64,000 nucleotides of DNA, taken from positions 392,277-456,276 of the forward strand of contig NZ_JBNGOQ010000003.1 of NCBI RefSeq assembly GCF_050589645.1, read 5' to 3'. The stretch is from Eudoraea algarum. Its GTDB lineage: Bacteria > Bacteroidota > Bacteroidia > Flavobacteriales > Flavobacteriaceae. Every line of letters begins with the position of its first letter. Position 1 is the first letter of the stretch. Under the pieces are notes generated by a model that was not told where the DNA came from, made no database searches, and saw only the letters and a list, made by a program, of their open reading frames with translations. The translations under genes were made by a program, and so were the position numbers. Shown here in pieces: positions 60,581-64,000 of the stretch.

Positions 60581-61033
60581 TTGAATATTAAGATAGATGA
60601 TTTAAACTGGAGCATTTTGCAATGCCTACAAGAAAATGCTCGCGATTCCTTTGCCAATATTGGCCGGAAAGTGGGGTTGACTCCTCCGGCTGTTGCAGAG
60701 CGTATCAAGAAAATGGAGGACCTGGGTATTCTAAGCGGATACAAGGCGGTAGTTTCGCATGCGCAAACAGGGTATTTGCTCAAGGCAATCATTACCTTAA
60801 GGGCCTTTATGGGCAAGTTAAAACCCTTTTTGGAAATTGTGGTGTCCTTTGACGAGGTGGTCAATTGCTATCGAATAACCGGAAATGAAAATATCGTCAT
60901 GGAGGTGGTGTTGCGAGATCAGTCCCATTTGGAGCAGTTTATTGATAAACTTATCGTATACGGGGAAGCGCGTACCCATATTGTGCTGTCGCACGTTATT
61001 TCCAACGCTCCTATTGGCAAGGGAAATGGCTAA
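60581..61033 (+). CDS. Lrp/AsnC family transcriptional regulator
   Basis: N-terminal HTH (DLNWSILQCLQENARDSFANIGRKVGLTPPAVAERIKKME) plus a RAM domain. Confidence 0.75.
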   Translation: MNIKIDDLNWSILQCLQENARDSFANIGRKVGLTPPAVAERIKKMEDLGILSGYKAVVSHAQTGYLLKAIITLRAFMGKLKPFLEIVVSFDEVVNCYRITGNENIVMEVVLRDQSHLEQFIDKLIVYGEARTHIVLSHVISNAPIGKGNG

Positions 61034-61263
61034 GCTAGGGTTTAATGGCAGGGAACTTGGGTGGCATCGGTCTTGTTACGGAATTTTGATCTCTGCCAAG
61101 ACCAACCCCTGGGATTTTTCCAACATGGGGACCCTCCGAGTGCTTCCATTGGTACATTTGTCCAAGCGGCCTATTGAATTTGTTAAAATCGTGGATAAGC
61201 CAATCCTTTTATATAACTTTAGTAGAGCCTTTTTTTGGCCGGATTTTTGATGAATCAATTGCT

Positions 61264-62682
61264 ATGAAACAGTTTTTACTATTCCTGTTCCTTGGTATTT
61301 CCTTTACTTTTCATACCAAGGCGCAACAAATTACCCTGAAAAAGGGTATTATTCTGGATACCGTACCGATCAACGATTCAATTCCAGACAGTTTTGCCCT
61401 TTACCTCCCAAAGAATTTTGAAAATACGGGCAAGTGGCCGGTGGTCTTCGTTTTTGATATGGAAGGAAAAGCGGTTCAGGCGCTTCGAATGTTTCAGGCC
61501 GCAGCTGAAGAACAGGGATATATCCTTGCAGCATCCAATAATGTGTACGATACCTTATCCATCCCCAAAAATATCGTCATTGCCAATAAAATGTTCAATC
61601 GGGTGTTTTCCCTTTTTCCGATACATGCCAGCCGTGTTTATACCGCGGGTTATGGTAGTGGGGCCAGATTTGCCTCCGTAATCCCAACCTTTATCAAACA
61701 AATAGAGGGGGTTATTGCCTGTGGTGCAGGGATAGCCCGAACGGAAATCCTGAGCATCAAAAATAGGTTTCATTTCATCGGTATTGTGGGTAGGGAGGAC
61801 TACAACTATTCCGAAATGTTGGCGCAAAAGAAAATGCTCAACCGGTTAAAGTTCCCCAATCACCGCTTGTTTTTTGATGGAGGACACGAATGGCCAAGGC
61901 AAAACTACATCGCCAAGGCCATGGAAATATTTACACTTTCTGCTATGGCCAAAGGCAACTTACGGCGCGACAGCCTATTTATCGCAAAAGGCTTTGCCCA
62001 GGATCTCGACAGTATAAAGGCTTCCATAGCCTCCAACAAATTAGTACAGGCAGATGATTTAATGGCTAGGACTTTATCTGTTTACAGACCGCATTTGGAT
62101 ATGGATTCTTTGATGGAAAGAAGGCGCTTGCTCAAAAAGAAAAAAGCGTACCGGGCGTTGAAGCGGAACGAGAATAACCAACTTTTCAAGGAGTCCCTGA
62201 TCAAGGAAGATTACGGGTATTATTTGGAGGAGGACGTGCTTACCTACAATTTCAATAATTTGGGCTGGTGGAATTACCAAATGCAGGAATTGGAGAAGTT
62301 TTGCAAGAGTCAGAACAGGGCCGAAAGGCAAATGGGGAAAAGGTTAAGGGGGTTTGTAAATGCACTGATAGAAGACAACATTGATATTGTTATGGCGGAT
62401 CGATTGGTCGATACCGAAGCTCTCCACTTTTTGTGGATGTTAAAAACGATTACCGCCCCACAGGAATACCGGTATTATCTTAAAATTATTTCGAGCTATG
62501 CCAAAAACGAAGATTTTGGGACAGCGCTATTTTATTTGGAAGAATTACTTAAGAACGGCTATAAGGACAGGGCATCACTATACAAGCTTGAAGATACGGC
62601 CCTGCTCAAGATCACACCGGAATTTAATCGGATCGTGGCCAAATATCTCAAGGACGCACGCTATGATGTCATTGAGGAATAA
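61264..62682 (+). CDS. Secreted esterase-like alpha/beta hydrolase with a C-terminal helical (TPR-like) region. The ORF-track start at 61174 is probably spurious; the signal peptide begins at 61264.
   Basis: MKQFLLFLFLGISFTFHTKAQ signal peptide; ..VYTAGYGSGARFAS.. nucleophile-elbow-like motif. Confidence 0.4.
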   Translation: MKQFLLFLFLGISFTFHTKAQQITLKKGIILDTVPINDSIPDSFALYLPKNFENTGKWPVVFVFDMEGKAVQALRMFQAAAEEQGYILAASNNVYDTLSIPKNIVIANKMFNRVFSLFPIHASRVYTAGYGSGARFASVIPTFIKQIEGVIACGAGIARTEILSIKNRFHFIGIVGREDYNYSEMLAQKKMLNRLKFPNHRLFFDGGHEWPRQNYIAKAMEIFTLSAMAKGNLRRDSLFIAKGFAQDLDSIKASIASNKLVQADDLMARTLSVYRPHLDMDSLMERRRLLKKKKAYRALKRNENNQLFKESLIKEDYGYYLEEDVLTYNFNNLGWWNYQMQELEKFCKSQNRAERQMGKRLRGFVNALIEDNIDIVMADRLVDTEALHFLWMLKTITAPQEYRYYLKIISSYAKNEDFGTALFYLEELLKNGYKDRASLYKLEDTALLKITPEFNRIVAKYLKDARYDVIEE

Positions 62683-63406
62683 ATCGGGGGACCTGCTCTA
62701 GGTCCCAATCGATGACCAAGCCTTGAGCAAGGGATTCCGCAATTTCCTTACCGTACAAGTATTCGCATAAATAGAGGGCGGCCTCAAAACTCTTGGCCCC
62801 TCCAGCGGAGGTAATATATTTGCCATCGTGTACAAAGAGGACACTGTCCTTTACCTTTAGTGCAGGGAACATTGCTTTATAACGATCTATATCACTGGGG
62901 AAGGTAGTGGACACCACCTGATCCAAAACCCCCGCCTTGGCCAAAACAAAGGCCCCATCGCAATGGGAGGTCATAAAGAGGGCAGTCTTATCCACCCGCT
63001 TCACAAAGTTGATCATCGTAGTATCCAGCAAATCGGAATCCAGGTGATGCTCCGCACTGGGTACGACCAGTATATCTATTCGAGGTAACACGTCCTTCGT
63101 GTAGTCGAAATCGGGAAGCAGGCGTACCCCTTCAAAGGTGGTTATGGGCTCCAAGCTGTTTGCCACAGTAAAGGTGTTCATTGCCTTAATGTTCTTACGG
63201 TACTGCGTATGCTGAAAAATATCATAGGGAGCGGTAAGCTCCGTATTGTAAGTGCCGTCCATGATCAGAAAGGCCACATTGTAACGATCGGCGACCAATT
63301 TTGGAACCGTTCTTTCTTCCTCTCTCTCGGAAGGCGAGGTCTTTTGTTGTTCTTGGCAGCCAACCAGAAGAATACAGTACAATACAAAAGGGAGTGTTTT
63401 TTTCAT
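62669..63406 (-). CDS. DJ-1/PfpI family lipoprotein
   Basis: Lipobox LLVGCQ; DJ-1/PfpI-like core. Confidence 0.55.
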   Translation of the reverse strand: MKKTLPFVLYCILLVGCQEQQKTSPSEREEERTVPKLVADRYNVAFLIMDGTYNTELTAPYDIFQHTQYRKNIKAMNTFTVANSLEPITTFEGVRLLPDFDYTKDVLPRIDILVVPSAEHHLDSDLLDTTMINFVKRVDKTALFMTSHCDGAFVLAKAGVLDQVVSTTFPSDIDRYKAMFPALKVKDSVLFVHDGKYITSAGGAKSFEAALYLCEYLYGKEIAESLAQGLVIDWDLEQVPRFIPQ

Positions 63407-64000
63407 AAGACGGTACGTACAGATTTCTTTAATACGCGTTTCAGCAGTAAAAGTAACAAAATACCCAATAGGCAGATGAAAGCGACCCCGTACCAGGTAA
63501 CGTCATATCCAAAACGGGCTACGGACAGCATCCCAGAATTATGGGCAAAAACATGGGCTACTGAAAAAGCCATGGTATAAAGGGCCATGTATTCGCCCTG
63601 ATTGCCCCGTTTGGCACGGTCCATGGCGAAGGCATTGGAAAATGGAAAGGCGATCATCTCCCCTAAGGTCATTAACAACATCCCCACTACCAAGATTCCC
63701 GCCCAAGAACTGAAATTAAAAATAGCAAAACTTACCCCGACCAGAAACATGCCAAAGCTAATATGGGTGATTTTGGACCAGGGTCTGGTTTCCATGAACT
63801 TAATGAGGGGCATTTCAAAAGCAAAGATCAAAAAACCATTCATACCCAGCAGCAGACCAATTTGATACTCCGAAAGGTAATGTACCTCATTGTAATACAG
63901 CGGCACCGTTGAAAAATACTGGACAAAGGTAAAACTGAACACCACCATGGCAACTATAAACAACCAATAGGGCATATCCGTATAGGCCGATTTTGGGGCG
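63403..64000 (-). CDS. MFS transporter, C-terminal half (partial; the frame stays open to the right edge of the window)
   Basis: Six hydrophobic helices; no stop codon upstream in frame before the window end. Confidence 0.5.
   Translation of the reverse strand, partial: APKSAYTDMPYWLFIVAMVVFSFTFVQYFSTVPLYYNEVHYLSEYQIGLLLGMNGFLIFAFEMPLIKFMETRPWSKITHISFGMFLVGVSFAIFNFSSWAGILVVGMLLMTLGEMIAFPFSNAFAMDRAKRGNQGEYMALYTMAFSVAHVFAHNSGMLSVARFGYDVTWYGVAFICLLGILLLLLLKRVLKKSVRTVL

Noticed and set aside
1-64000. CRISPR arrays, rRNA genes, transposases/IS elements, phage structural genes
   Set aside because: No short regularly spaced direct repeats, no rRNA-like conserved segments, and no DDE/recombinase-like ORFs were seen anywhere in the window.

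Overview
This 64-kb window looks like a Bacteroidetes (Flavobacteriia-like) chromosome segment with a mosaic base composition; all GC figures below are estimates by eye. Three blocks stand out. (1) Coordinates 1 to about 23500 are very AT-rich (about 30% GC) and carry accessory genes: two paralogous ECF sigma factors (one with an anti-sigma-like partner), a TPR-LytTR regulator, AraC, several alpha/beta hydrolases, a dehalogenase-like protein, an MBL-fold hydrolase, an alcohol dehydrogenase, GNAT, cupin, DinB, HAD and DUF1330 proteins. At least four of its genes are disrupted (two homopolymer frameshifts, two in-frame TGA codons), and a GTGATTTT motif recurs upstream of many of its genes. (2) From about 23600 to 45700 and from about 53500 to the end is a backbone of about 45% GC. 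It holds a DinB/SRPBCC/sigma/AraC cluster, a tRNA-Arg(ACG) with a 17-nt att-like direct repeat 170 bp away, divergent glnII and glnN, an AIR-synthase-related protein, a conserved uncharacterized Rieske/thioredoxin/ApbE/DUF4266/DUF3570 cluster, prfA, pyrF, purU, a PfkB kinase, the fused isobutyryl-CoA mutase IcmF and an Lrp regulator. (3) A block of about 5.3 kb at roughly 60% GC (45725..51050) encodes SusC, SusD and a secreted hypothetical protein. It is bracketed by three direct copies of a repeat of about 210 bp (45506..45711, 51067..51300, 51617..51824) that I do not recognise, and sits next to a membrane-bound AraC-type sensor regulator. I found no rRNA, CRISPR array, transposase or integrase. 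The candidates for a novel system are the repeat-bracketed GC-rich SusCD cassette, the ApbE-centred periplasmic redox cluster, and the decaying AT-rich island with its own cis-motif.
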